Assembly (NCBI GenBank): GCA_030390025.1
Contig: CM059441.1
Span: 62,310,001 to 62,374,000 of the forward strand
Reading direction: 5' to 3'
DNA: 64,000 nucleotides
Origin: Squalus acanthias
Taxonomy: Eukaryota
Numbering within the stretch: position 1 is the first letter of the stretch; every line of letters begins with the position of its first letter. Under the pieces are notes generated by a model. That model ran no database searches, was not told the origin of the DNA, and saw only the letters and a program-made list of their open reading frames with translations. This document shows, piece after piece, positions 48,949 through 61,149 of the stretch. Position numbers and translations under genes: made by a program.

Positions 48949-49874
48949 GAGGCGCTATATAAATACAGGTTGTTGTTGTTGTAACATTGATTTGTGCAGT
49001 GTCCTAATGGAACCAAGAGGGTCTTTCATCAAGGCGTGCAGTGTGTGGGCAATAAATGCGTTGCATGCCAACAAATAAACATGCCCTTTGAACCTGGTAC
49101 ACCCCACCCCTTCTGTGTTGCCACATCATAACTGAGGTACTGCCTTACTGCGTGCAGCTAACATGGTAGAAAAGTAATGAACAGACATGTAGCGCCACTC
49201 AACTTTGATATCAGATCTGAACGTTCTTTTTGATTGTTGCACCTTTTTTATGCTGTGAAAGTTTGCAAGAAGCATATGGGTTATGCATAATATTACATTT
49301 ATTAACACAAGGGATTAAAATGCTCAAACTGTTATGTACATTTATATCTATATTAAACATCTTACATCTGTGCACAATTCGTGTCTTCATAACCTTATTT
49401 CCTGTTGTCGCATTTCCCCACATTGTGTAAATTCTTGTGGCCACATTTATAATGGAAACGCCTATGTAAACATGTCACACTGTATTTACACCGTACTGCC
49501 AGAGGTGGCGCTGTAGTGTCGCAGTTTTGTATCTGAGAGGAAATCTTCCCACTGTGTTTATGATATTATTAGCACACAGGGAGTGGGGGAATCTTCCCAC
49601 TCTGTTTACGCTGCTGTTAAGACAGGTACCAGGGGACTCTTTCTGTTGTGTTTACATGGTTGTTAAGACAGAGGACTGGGGAAATCTTCCCTCCTCCTCT
49701 CAACTTGAGGGCAGGGCCAGGCCTAGCGGTGAGGGCAACCCCCGCTCCCCCCCGCCCCCCGCCCCCCGTTCGTTTGGCCGGCCCTGCTCAAACTTACCGG
49801 TCTTACACATAAAGAGTGGACACATAGCACAACTATCGAAGGGCTGCCCAGTGTCGTTCGAACAGAAAACCCCC

Positions 49875-51390
49875 TGATTATCAATAACCTGGTGAAACCT
49901 TTCAGTTCAATCCTAAAGCCAACATCTAATATTCACTTTATTATAAATGATTAGATGTCTTGACTGTGTCCATCAACGTTATCAGGTTATCGACTCCTAT
50001 CTATCTCGTGAATCGTATTTAAAAGTCTTACATACAGAAAAAAAAGAGTGAAAGTGCATTAAGCGCAGTGACAGACATTTCGCCAAGCTTGAAAATAGGA
50101 AAGTACTTTCTCTTACATAGTTAAGTAGATTTACACAGGGTTACACAGAGTTACATAGTGTTACACAGAGTTACATTGAGTTACACAGACTGACATAGTG
50201 TTACACAGAGTTACATTGAGTTACACAGAGTTACATTGAGTTACATGGAACCTACAGCACAGAAACAGGCCATTCAGCTCAACTGATCACTGTCGGTGTT
50301 TATGCTCCACACGAGCCTTCTCCCACCACTCTTCATCTCACCCGATCAGCATAACCTTCTAACCTTTTCTCCCTCATGTGTTTATCTAGCTTCCCCTGAA
50401 ATGTATCAGTGCCATTTGCCTCAACCACTCCACATTCTCACCACTCTCTGGGTAAAGAAGTTTCTCCTGAATTCCCTATTGGATTTATTAAAGATTATGG
50501 GCTAGAAATTTGGCTCCTTTGCGCCTGCCGGTAGCGCCTCTGGGGGGCGCTAACAGGGCGCAAAAGGCTTATCCCCCGGTGGGGGGGGGGGGGGGGGGGG
50601 GGGCGGGGGAGGCGAAAAAAGCGCCTCCTGTGAAATTCGGGGAATGTTGCTGAGGCGCTGCCCAATAGCGCTGCGCCAATGCCGTTAGCGCCCCAGGCCG
50701 ACGTGCGGCCGGCAATGACGTAATCGCCGTGTGAGGCTACCTCTTTGCGCCCTGCCGTGTCCACTCACCGCCCCGCAGCAGGAATTTGACTGCCCCGCGA
50801 GGCTGTCACAGGCGATGTCAGCACCAGCCTCACGGGTGGCGAACAGGGCCGACCTCCGCTGGCGGGGTGGTATTTAAAGGGAGGTTGCAGCCGCGACCCG
50901 CGTCGCCTTTTTTTTGGGCCGACATCCGGGTCGGCCCTCCGTGGTGGGCTGTGGCGTGCTCCTGGCCACGGGGCTGCAGCCGCGGCACCATGCCACCCTG
51001 GTGGCCTAGTGTGGGCCATCGGAGGCCCTGCAGAGTGCGCAGCGTCCCTCCCCTTTAAATGAAGTGGAGGGGCGTTGAAACACAGAGCCTCTGCGGAGCA
51101 CTGTCGATCGCGCCCCGACATCGCCTTGGTTACCGCCCCACCAGAAAGTGGAGCGCCCAGGATTGGGCTCCACTACCTGTGCAGGCGGTAAACCGAATTT
51201 AGTGGCCGGGGCGGTACTTCCTTGCCAGGCGCCAAACGGGGCGTAACTGAATTTCGCGCCCTATTTTATAATCATGGCCATTGGATTTGGACTCCACCAC
51301 AAGTGGAAACATCTTCTCTATGTCTATTGTATCGAACTCTTCCATAATTTTGGAGACATCTATCAGGTCATCCCTCAGCCTTCTCTTTTC
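49875..51390 (+). pseudogene. Exon-less paralogous copy of Siglec intron 3 (V-to-C2 intron)
   Basis: 49875-50040 matches 17973-18140. 50046-50495 and 51262-51390 match ~21784-22300 (split by a MITE). The 3.6-kb TE block present in the functional gene is absent. Confidence 0.75.
50499..51261. mobile_element. GC-rich Harbinger-type MITE
   Basis: TIR GGGCTAGAAATT / AATTTCGCGCCC, TSD TAT; absent from the paralogous site at ~22165. Confidence 0.82.
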
Positions 51391-51554
51391 TGCGTTTCCT
51401 ACATTACAACAGTGACTACACTTCAAAAAATAGTACTTCATTGGCTGTAAAGCGCTTTGGGACGTCCGGTGGTTGTGAAAGGTGCTATATAGATGCAAGT
51501 CTTTATTTTAAAGATTAAATTTGGGTCATGTAGAGCGGAGCATCAGAGAGTTCT

Positions 51555-53445
51555 CTTTCAACAACAACTACTTACATTTATATCATGACTTTAATGTAGT
51601 AAAATGTCCCAAGGCACTTTATAGGTGCGTTATCAATACAAATTTTGACACCGAGCCATATAAGGAGATGTTAGGGCAGATGACCAAAAGCTTGGTCAAA
51701 GAGGTAAGTTTTAAGGAGAGTCTTAAAGGAGGAAAGAGAAATGGAGAGGCAGAGAGGTTTAGGGGGGCAATTCCAGAGCTTAGGACCTAGGCAGCTGAAG
51801 GCACGGCCACCAATGGTGGAGCAATTAAAATCGGGGATGTTCAAGAGGCCAGAATTGGCGGAGCGCAGGGATCTCGGGGGGTTTGTGGGGCTGGAGGAGA
51901 TTACACAGCTAGGGAGGGGCGTGGCCATGGAGGGATTTGAAAACAAGGAAGAGAATTTTGAAATCGAGGTCTTGCTTAACTGGGAGCCAATGTAGGTCAG
52001 CGAGCACAGGGGTGATGGGCGAACGGGACATGGTGCGAGTTAGGACACAGGCGGCAGAGTTTTGGATGACCTCAAGTTTATGTAGGGTAGAACTAGGGAG
52101 GCCAGCCAGGAGTGCATTAGAATAGTCAAGTCTAGAGGTAACAAAGGCATGGATGAGGCTTTCAGCAGCAGATGAGCTGAGGCAAGGGCGGAGACGGGCG
52201 ATGTTATGGAGGTGGAAACGGGCGGTCTTAGTGATGGAGCGGATATGAGGTAGGAAGCTCAACTCGTGCTCAAATATGACACCAAGGTTGCGAACGGACT
52301 GGGACAGCCTCAGACAGCTGCCAGGGAGAGGGATGGAATCGGTGACCGAAGACAATGGTTTTGGTCTTCCCGATGTTTAATTGGAGGAAATTGCCGCTCA
52401 TCCAGTGCTGGATGTCGGACAAGCAGTCTGACAGTATAGAGGTAGCGGAGGGTTCGAGAGAGGTGGAGGAGAGGTAGAGCTGGGTATCATCAGCGTACGT
52501 GTGAAAACTCCAGCTGTGTCATCGGATGATGTCACCGAGGGGCAGCATGTAGATGAGAAATAGGAGAGGGCTACGGATAGATCCTCGGGGGACACCAGAG
52601 GTGACGGTGCGGGAGCGGGAAGAGAAGCTGTTGCAGGTGATTCTATGGCTATAACTGGATAGATAAGAATGGAACCAAGCGAGGGCAGTCCCATCCAGCT
52701 GGACAACGGTGGAGAGGCATTGGAGCAGAATATTGTGGTCAACTGTGTCAAAGGCTGCAGTCAGGTTGAGAAGGACCAGGAGCGATAGTTTACCATTGTC
52801 ACCGTCAATTAAGATGTCATTTGTGACCTTGGTAAGAGCTGTTTTGGTACCGTGGCAGGGGCAGAAACCTGATTGTAGTGATTCAAACAAAGAGCTCCGG
52901 GAAAGACGGGTATGGATATGGGGGGTGACAACACGTTCAAGAACGAACTTTGGAGAGGAAAGGGAGGTTGGGGATAGGGAGGTTGGAGATGGGGCGGTAG
53001 TTTGCAAGGACAGAGGGGTCAAGGGTTGGCTTTTTGAGGAGAGGGGTGATGATGGCAGATTTGAAGGAGAGGGGGACAGTACCTGAGGAGAGAGAACCAT
53101 TAACAATATCAACTAACATGGGAGCCAGGAAGGGAAGTTGGGTGGTCAGCAATTTAATAGGAATAGGGTCGAGAGAGCAGGAGGCCGGTCTCATTGACAA
53201 GATGAGCTTTGAGAGGGCATGAGGGGAGATAGGAGAGAAACCCAGTGGGCTAGGGGAAGGGAGGGAATTAGCAGAGGCAGTTGAATGGATATTCTCGATC
53301 ATTTTGACAAAGAAGTCCATGAGCTCCTCGCATTTATTGTTGGAGGGGAGGGAGGTGGAAGCAGGGGAGGGTGGTTTGAGAAAAAGGTTTGTGGTGGAGG
53401 AGAGAAGCCGGGTGTTATCTTTGTCTACCCGGATGATCTTAGAAC
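51555..53445 (-). mobile_element. L2-clade LINE, RT and 3' end, degraded
   Basis: SCSLDPIP, LQSGF, AFDTVDH, LIHAFVTSRLDY and LHWLPV. Confidence 0.9.
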
Positions 53446-53449
53446 TATC

Positions 53450-54491
53450 TGTTCTTCCCTTAGGACTGTCTGTTCAAAGGTTCGAAGCTGACTCCATTTT
53501 GGTAACAGTTACGATTTTATTTAAGCATAAGTGAGATTCAATGCACTCAGTATTTGAGCAGCAGTTTACAAAGTACAATTAAGAATCATATTACCCACTG
53601 TAACCGTCCTAGCTGTCCTTTGGGTAGAAGGCGTGGCCCATTCCTCGTTCCTTCTACCCACATACGCATTTGCACCAGTCAGGATCAGTGCCCTTCCTGA
53701 CCCTTCTAACTGAGAATGACCCAAACCTGCTAGGATATACCCCAAGAACTGGAACTACAGAAAGCTCTATCCAATCATGTATCTCCCATACCCCCCATTC
53801 GACCCAATCAGGAGCTGGTAAATTCTGTGGCCAGCACAGGCCTTAGGCATCCTTTGTCAGAGCCTTAGTGCAATCTTTTTCTGTTTCCATGGTGATGACA
53901 TAACCCAGGACCTTGCTTTAACCTAATTCTAACAGGAAAAAGACCAAATTAATACTAACTTAACAAAAACTATAAACTGGCAATCTTAGAATTAAACTAC
54001 GGTCTAGCTCAATACTAAAAATTAGTAAAAGGAATTTAGCTGGTTATGTTCCTATTGCTCACTTTCCCACATACAAGAACCAGATAAGAGATAAGGCTGA
54101 GACAGATCGGAGCCTCCCTCTTCTCTTCCCGAGCATTTCTAGCAAAATCAAGGGCAATTCAGCCATAAACACGGCCATCCATGACACAACCCAGAATTTG
54201 AAAGTGGTGGATTTTTCAGAATATCTGTTCTAACAAAAAGCTTTGGGGTCATTGAACACTTTGCAATGCCTGATCCCGCAAAATACCATATTCTTACAGT
54301 CGCCGCCTTGAGGGGGAGGAGCTATCTCTGACCCCTCACTCAATCTTATTTCCCATCCTTCTGCAGGAGGGCAGCCAATTCTAAGTTATTAGCATGTCGG
54401 CTAAGTACATATATTTCAAGCAACAGATCATGGTAAAGAAAAAGAAAATCATAATACATTGTACAGAAAGCTACAGTTTACCATAAGATCA
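53450..54491 (-). mobile_element. Probable LTR (solo, no matching TSD)
   Basis: TGTTCTT...AAGATCA termini, AATAAA on the minus strand at ~53516-53521, two CCAAT boxes (53771, 53805); lies between an L2 and a CR1. Confidence 0.5.
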
Positions 54492-55109
54492 ATAAATCTA
54501 GGGAATATAGACCTAGTCTACTCAATCTCTCCCCATAGGGCAATCCCCTCATCCCAAGAACCAGTCCAGTGAACCTTCCTTGCACTCCCTTTAAGGCAAG
54601 TATGTCTTTCCTTCGGTAAGGAGACCAGAACTGTACTGAGTACTCCAGGTGTGGCCTCACCATTGTCCTGTATAATTGTAGTAAGACTTCTTGGGGGGAA
54701 AATTCTGTTGGTTTGCGCCTCCTGTTAGCGCCCTAAGTAATGGGGCGCAAAGCAACTAGCGCCCGGGCGCGGCAATGTTTGTGCCGCTCCCGAAATTGAC
54801 TAGATTTTGCGGCAGCGCAAAAGTTTACCGCCCCGATCTCCTGCGCCCGCAGATCGTGAAGTCAGTCAAGCGTGCAACGCCCTGGTGGCGCCCCGGACTG
54901 GATATTGAGTGGCGCCCCCCTCCTTTCCGCCTGGTGCAAGCAACGACAGGGAGACTGGAACGTTTCCCAGTCGGTGAGGGGCTGGGGGGACACTATTTAA
55001 AGGCACCCTCTTCCTGGCTTTTTCTGTGGTAGACATTTTTGCACCTCTCATTCTGACAGAGAGAGAGATTCTGAGAGAGAGAGAGAGAGAGAGACTTCTG
55101 CATAGAGGC

Positions 55110-56343
55110 AATACTGTCTGAAGTAGTTTTGGCTACTGAGCATCACTTTGCAGGTACTTTTGGATTTGACCTTCATTACTTCGATTGCCAAGAGACTTTG
55201 GGGGCTGCACTGATTCGGGGCATCGTCCTGCACCTGCAGAATCGGAGGCAACAGAGACTCAGAGAGAGAGTGGCAATCATGGCCAGACAGAGGAGGGCCA
55301 ACAGGCCTCTGTACAGGAGACCTTACCCTCCCAGGGTATTCCGGGAACAATTCTCCAACATTAATTTGTCTGCGGAGCAGTGTTTGCTCAGGCTGCACTT
55401 CAGCAAGGAGGTGGCCACTGAGCTCTGTCACCTGCTGCAGCCAGATCTGCAGCCTCTACTGAGGAGCAGGACGTCTCTGTCGGTGGCAGTGAAGGTCACA
55501 GTGGCTCTGAATTTTTAAGCCACTGGCTCCTTTCAAGCAGCTACTTGGGACATCGCCAATATCTCCCAGTTCGCGGTCCATTGCTGCATCCGTCAGGTCA
55601 CAAATGCCCTCTATAAAAGGAGACGCCAGTACATCTCTTTCCTGATGACCCGGGCCAAACAGCATGAACGCGCATTGGGCTTTGCGAGGATAGCGGGCTT
55701 CTCCATGGTGCAGAGCGCCATTGACTGCACGCATGTGGCATTGCGGGCACCGCATGAGAATGCAGAGGTTTTCTGAAACCACAAGGGGTTCCACTCCTTA
55801 AACGTCCAGTTAGTCTGTGACCACAGACAGCTGATACTCGCTGTCAATGCCTGCTATCCTGGCAGCAGCCACGATGCTTTCATCCTGTGCTAGACTGGTG
55901 TGCCAGAACTTTTCCAGGCACCGCATCAGCCAAGTGGTTGGCTCCTCGGGGACAAGGGTTATCCATTCTGCACCTGGCTGATGTCACCGCTCCGTAACCC
56001 CAACACCCCTGCTGAGCTGCGGTACAATGAGAGCCATCTTGCCACCAGGAACATTATTGAGCAGATGATCGACGTGCTCAAGCAACGGTTCCGCTGTCTG
56101 GACCACTCAGGAGGAGCCCTGCAGTACTCGCCTGAGCGAGTCTCCCTCTTCATAGTTGTGTGCTGCATTCTTCATAACCTGGCAATCCTCAGGACCCAGC
56201 CAATGCCACCAGGCCTTGGAGCACCACTGGAGGAGGAGGAAGAGGAGGAGGATGATCAGCAGCAGCACCAAGGTGGGAGGGAGGCCCACAATGTTGAAAC
56301 TGGAAGGGCTGTCCGTCAACGTCTGATAGCAAGCTGCTTCTAG
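55110..56343 (+). pseudogene. Harbinger DDE transposase (HARBI1-like) with in-frame stops
   Basis: [59 protein letters not shown]; stops at 55516, 55774 and 55890. Confidence 0.92.
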
Positions 56344-56652
56344 GCCCCTACTGAGGAAATGGCTTCTGGCATGGAGAACAACATGAATGAAAGCAACCCG
56401 CAACCCCAAAGCCAGCCAAGACAGCAATGATTCCAAAGGCCAAACCTGTACATTTTGAATACAAAAACTTTTTTATTTTACAAACTCTGTGTGTCATTTC
56501 TTCATGACAAACTAATAGAAACAAACACAAAAAATCATTAATTAACATAACTGGTTCTCACAACCTGGAGATAATGTCCAAAACACTAAACAAAAGTTTG
56601 AACACGAACCTCGGCCTTTAATAAAAAAATTCCCAACATTTCATCACACCTC

Positions 56653-58356
56653 CTACTTTTTGCCCTTCGAGGGTGATCTCCATCTCTTGCCCACTTGCCC
56701 CTTTTCCACCCTACTGCTCCTCCGTAATGGGGCCCCGGTGGCTGCAGCAAGGCTGGTAGAAGGCTGCTGATTGTCAGAACCTGAGACTGCAGATGCCCTT
56801 GAAGGACGGCCTCGACCAGCTCTGGGCCTGGAAGGCCCGGCTGCAGACTGCACCAACTCTGCATGGGCGGCAGCAGTCTGGGCCACAGGTGGTGGCAAGT
56901 GCAATGGGGAAGTGACATTGGTGGCAGCAGGAATGCTGTCATCTTGAGAGAGGACAGCAACTCCCTGCTCGACCGACACACTGGCATTCCCACGAGGCAG
57001 CACCTCAGCATCCAGAGCAATCTGCTGGAGCACAGATTGCTGTCCAATAGAGCGACAATGGCAGCAGTCAGTGCTTGCGTGGCCTCAATCTGAGTCTGCA
57101 TGAGACCAGTCTGAGATTGGATCACGGCAGCCAGTAACTGAATTGCAGCACTAAGTATTTGCGTGGCATCCGCCTGTGCTACAGCGTAGTGCTCCACACT
57201 CCTTGCCAGTGCATCAATGCATTCGGGCACCCTTCCGACTGCACCCATGAGCTGAGTGTTCATTTCAGCGATGAGCCGCTCCTCCTCTGCATCCAGTGCA
57301 GCAGGACTTGCTGGCATACTCTCCCTCCGGGGAGAAGGCCCCCGAGCTTCCCTAGCCACATCGCGTTGCTGCAGCCCGCTGGGTCCCGGAGCTTCACCCT
57401 CATCAGACCCTTCCCCCCTGCTCCCCTCCAGGGAAGGCGTGTTCCCAGTGTGGGCATGGGCTTCCTCGGGAGAGGGTGGCGCTGATGCTCCGGCTTCCTC
57501 TTCCTCCTCGCCTGCGGCTTCGCTCCCACTGGCAGCTTGAGGGCCCGTCTCCTCAGCTGGTGAATCACCATCTGAAAGCAGGGAGGTACAAGAGTGGCTT
57601 TAGCATCAGGACAGGGGGGCAGTAAGGGAGGAATGAGTGCAGCGATTTAGTAAGTTGGATTGAAAGTGTCAAAGGCTGGTGTTGTGAGGGACAAGTGGAA
57701 TGAGAGAGAGAAAGCTGATGACCTTACCATTGCTGTCCCGAACGGGGTCGACCTCTCCAGGGGCGACGGGACCGATCACCTGGCTTGCCACAATCCTGTG
57801 GACACGCGCCTCAAGATCGCTGAGGTGTTGCAGCTGAGTCCGACCTCCACCCGTCCGTTGCTGCTGTCTCCTGTTATGAGATAGCTTGGCCTGCAAGAAA
57901 AAGGATGGTGTCTGAGTAAATATACAGCCATGGTCTTGCCTGATGTGCCTCCCATAGTTGAATAGCCCTTACTGTATGCAAAGTGTGGAATGTGTGTGTG
58001 TCTTTCATGAGAGGGCCAAAGGTGTTGGATGAGTGTTGGGCATTGGGGTTTTATGACCCTCTGGCCATAGAGTGAGGTTGAAATGGAGGGTTGGAGAGGT
58101 ATTGAAAAAAAGCCACTCACCCTGACGACCCGAGTGAGGTCGTTGAACTTTTTGCGACATTAAGTAGGGTCCTGGGCACCATGCTCCTGGAGGAGACGTG
58201 CTGAGCCACCTCCCTCCACATTCTTCTGTACGCACGTGGCAAAGGCCTCCTGCCACTCTCAGGGTAGAGTATAGATCTTCTGCGCTCCACCACGCCAACC
58301 AAAGCCTACAAGGCCCGCTCGCTGAAGCGCTGAGCTCGTTCTCTCACCCTCTCCAT
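56653..58356 (-). pseudogene. Harbinger Myb/SANT (trihelix, NAIF1/MSANTD-like) gene, 3 exons: 58356-58121, 57890-57728, 57571-~56653
   Basis: RAQRFSE.AL*ALV..VERRRSILY...WREVA...CRKKFNDL (frameshifted) and RTGGG motif; GT-AG introns (GTGAGT, GTAAGG). Confidence 0.8.
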
Positions 58357-58964
58357 AGTCCTTGGCTGGAAAATGTAGTCACAGGTCTCTCCAGGCCGAG
58401 ATTCAAGGCTCCAATGAGCAGGGTGTGGCTGGAGAGCAAGATCGACCCTCCCCTTTAAGAACTGGCCGGCGCCTGTGTGTATGTGTTCCATCGCTAACTG
58501 ACATCACCTGCGCTGCGCCCGCGCTCTGAGTTAGCGCCTTGCTCCTCGGCCTTTGCGTCTTAAGACAGGTGTGCAGCACCTGATTTAGCGCTCCAATCAC
58601 CTCCAGGGGCAATAAAAGCCAAGTTTGCAGTCGGAGGTGATAATTAGCGCCAGGCTCTAAACTTTGCGCCCGGCCGATAATTGCGCCCCAAACGGGGTGA
58701 TACCGAATTTCTCCCCCAAGCTTTACTCTAATATTCTAATCCCTTTGTAACAAAAGCTAACATACCATTTGCTTTCCTAATTGCTTGCTGTACCTGCATG
58801 TTAACTTTCTGTGATTCATGTACAAGGACACCCAGGTCCCTCTGAATGCAAACATTTCCCAGTCTCTCATCATTCAAAAAATATTCTGCTTTTTTGTTTT
58901 TCCTACCAAAGTGGATAGCTTCACACCTCTCCACATTGTATTCCATTTGCCATGTTCTTGTCCA

Positions 58965-61146
58965 ATCTTGGAGGGTTGTAGAGCTGGAGGAGGTTACAGG
59001 GAGGTGCACTCGGCCACAGAGGCATTTGAACACAAAGATGTGGATTTTTAATTTGAGATGCTGCCAGACCGGGAACCAATATAAGTCAGTGAGCACTGAG
59101 GTGATGGGTGAACGGGACTTGGTGCGAGTTAGTACACTGGGTCACTGCTGAATTTGGTCCCCAATCATAGCTCAATAAGAATGATCGTCTGCAAAGACTA
59201 TTAACCATGGATATGTCTGAGCTGATGATGATATTTCCTTGGAGAAGTGACAGAAGAAGTAAGATTTGCTGCTCCTAAATATTTCATCAACTTCTCACTC
59301 TCAAGCTCTGAAAGAGAAAGGAGTTAATGAGACCTCACTTCTTGCCCGACAACTCTCGAGAGATCAAAACGGCTTTTACACAATGGGCCAGAAGTTCGGC
59401 TCTTGTCGGGTGAGTACGCACTGTGTACTCACCCGTAAGGCCACCTGAAGTGCCGGTTTCACGCATGCACTGCGCATGCGCGGGAAACTGGAACTTCCGT
59501 TCCCCTGAAGGAAGGGGTTCAGAAGTCGAACGCGTGCGTGGGAGAGGCTGTGCGCACGCAGCGAACTTCGGGTTTTTTTTATCAGCTTTCTCCGTGAGGG
59601 TAAGTACGGAGAAGCTGCATTTTTAAAAAGGAGGCGCAAGGCCTGTTTTTAACAAGGTAAGTGGTTAATTAATTACAATTTAAACATTTTTTCAACAGGT
59701 TTATCTTTTTTAGATACATTAAAGAAAGATAAGTTTATTTTTAGCACCGTTAAAAAGTATAATTAATTTTTTCAAAAATTAAAATTTTTGTTTAAATTAG
59801 TTAATTTATGTAACTTATAGGTATTTTAAAAATGTGATATAAAAAAAAAAATTATTTGAAGTTTTAGTGTGGTTTTGGGGCCGATCTCTATTCATAGATT
59901 TGACAGGTCTTCTGCTAGGATTGGCTCTCCATGGCCCACGTGATCCCAGGGGATGCTTCGAACTAACTATGCCCCTGGGATACACAAGCACTGCGGGCCA
60001 GCAGCTGCAGGAGGCCCAGGACCCGAAGTCCTCGTGGGCCCAAAGCACAACTGCAGGCGCGATAGGTAAGTACGCGCGCGATGCTTGCACCCGCAGGAAG
60101 CTGGAAAACCGAATTTCTGGCCCAATGTCTTCATGCTCCAATTTGATTCTCTGTGGGATGATAGGTGCTCTGCAGTGAGTTACAAAGCTTTAAGAAAGAA
60201 AGGAAATACTTGTATTTTTATTGTGTCTTTCACAACCTCAGGATGTCCCACACCGTTTTACAGCCAATGAAGCACTTTTGAAGTGTAGACAATGTTGTAA
60301 TGTAGGAAACGCGGCAGCCTATTTGTACACAGCAAACTCCCACAAACAGCAATGTGTCAATGACCAGGGATAAATATTAGCCCTAGGACACAGGTGAGAA
60401 CTCCCCTGCTCTTCTGCCAATAGTGGCCGTGGGAACTTTTACTTCTAACTGAGAGGGCAGACAGGGCCTCGTTTTAACATCTCATCTGAAAGAAGGCACC
60501 TCCAAAAGTGAAGCAACTCTCTCAGTACTGCCCCTCCGTCAGTGCAGCAACTCTCTCAGTACTGCCCCTCCGACAGTGCAGCCCTCCCTCAGTACTGGCA
60601 CTGGGAGCGTGCGCCTGGATTACAGGCTCAAGTTCTTGGACTTCCCTTGTCCCTTGAACGAGAAAGATGCCCTGTATGACAGACTTGAGCCCTAAGCCCA
60701 GATCTCAATAATATGTAGAAATCTTTAGAAGGTATGAATCACTGGAATCTGTCTTTATAAAGTCAGAACACCAACAAAGGACGACGTTGGTCGTGGAAGT
60801 GAATTACAATCGTTCCATTACTTTCCCAGGGCCTGTCCAACTGTTCGCCTGGAGAGTAATTGCTGACACGCAGTGCTGGGCACCAATGGCCTTTTCCTGT
60901 GCTGCTTCCTCTGTGTATTTACTTAGAATCGGTTGAAGTGTCACTGTGAGTTAAATCAGGAAATGGGGAACTAGTGAGAAAACATCACTTTGTCCTGCCT
61001 TGTTGGCAAATTATTAACTCTTTGAATCCTGAAACTGTGATGATATTTCTGGGCAAAGCACAGTTTCGAGCATGGCTCAGTGGTTTTAGCAATCTCTCTC
61101 TTGCCTCTGAGGGAGAAGGTCATGGGTTCAAGTCCCCACTCCAGAG
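58965..61146 (-). pseudogene. Inverted, 5'-only paralogue of the Siglec-like gene (promoter, exon 1, intron 1, exon 2), disabled
   Basis: Reverse complement aligns with ~11780-14040. The exon 2 homologue (59238-59307) has lost 12 nt including the ATG, both donors are GT>GA, and no Ig exons follow. Confidence 0.85.
59385..60123. mobile_element. Harbinger-type MITE in intron 1 of the inverted pseudogene
   Basis: TIR GGGCCAGAA(G/A)TTCGG, TSD AAT; the empty site GAAGACATTGTC is at ~13704-13715. Confidence 0.88.
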
Positions 61147-61149
61147 AAG

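Larger units (their letters stand above)
54693..58717. mobile_element. Full-length PIF/Harbinger DNA transposon (two convergent genes), inserted in a CR1 (54492-54690 / 58720-58960)
   Basis: TIRs GGGGGGAAAATTC / GAATTTCTCCCCC; CR1 flanks are colinear across the insertion; transposase on +, Myb/SANT gene on -. Confidence 0.9.

Noticed and set aside
49496-49514. CTCF site (GCCAGAGGTGGCGCTG)
   Set aside because: The 3' half fits but the 5' CC spacing is off by one; not supportable without a PWM score or ChIP.
50581-50609. Long poly-G run (and poly-C runs at 7409-7460)
   Set aside because: Homopolymer expansions inside transposons; length unreliable, no evidence of function.
55110-56343. Host HARBI1 gene
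   Set aside because: Three in-frame stops, flanked by TIRs, paired with a Myb/SANT gene and inserted in a CR1, so it is a transposon copy.
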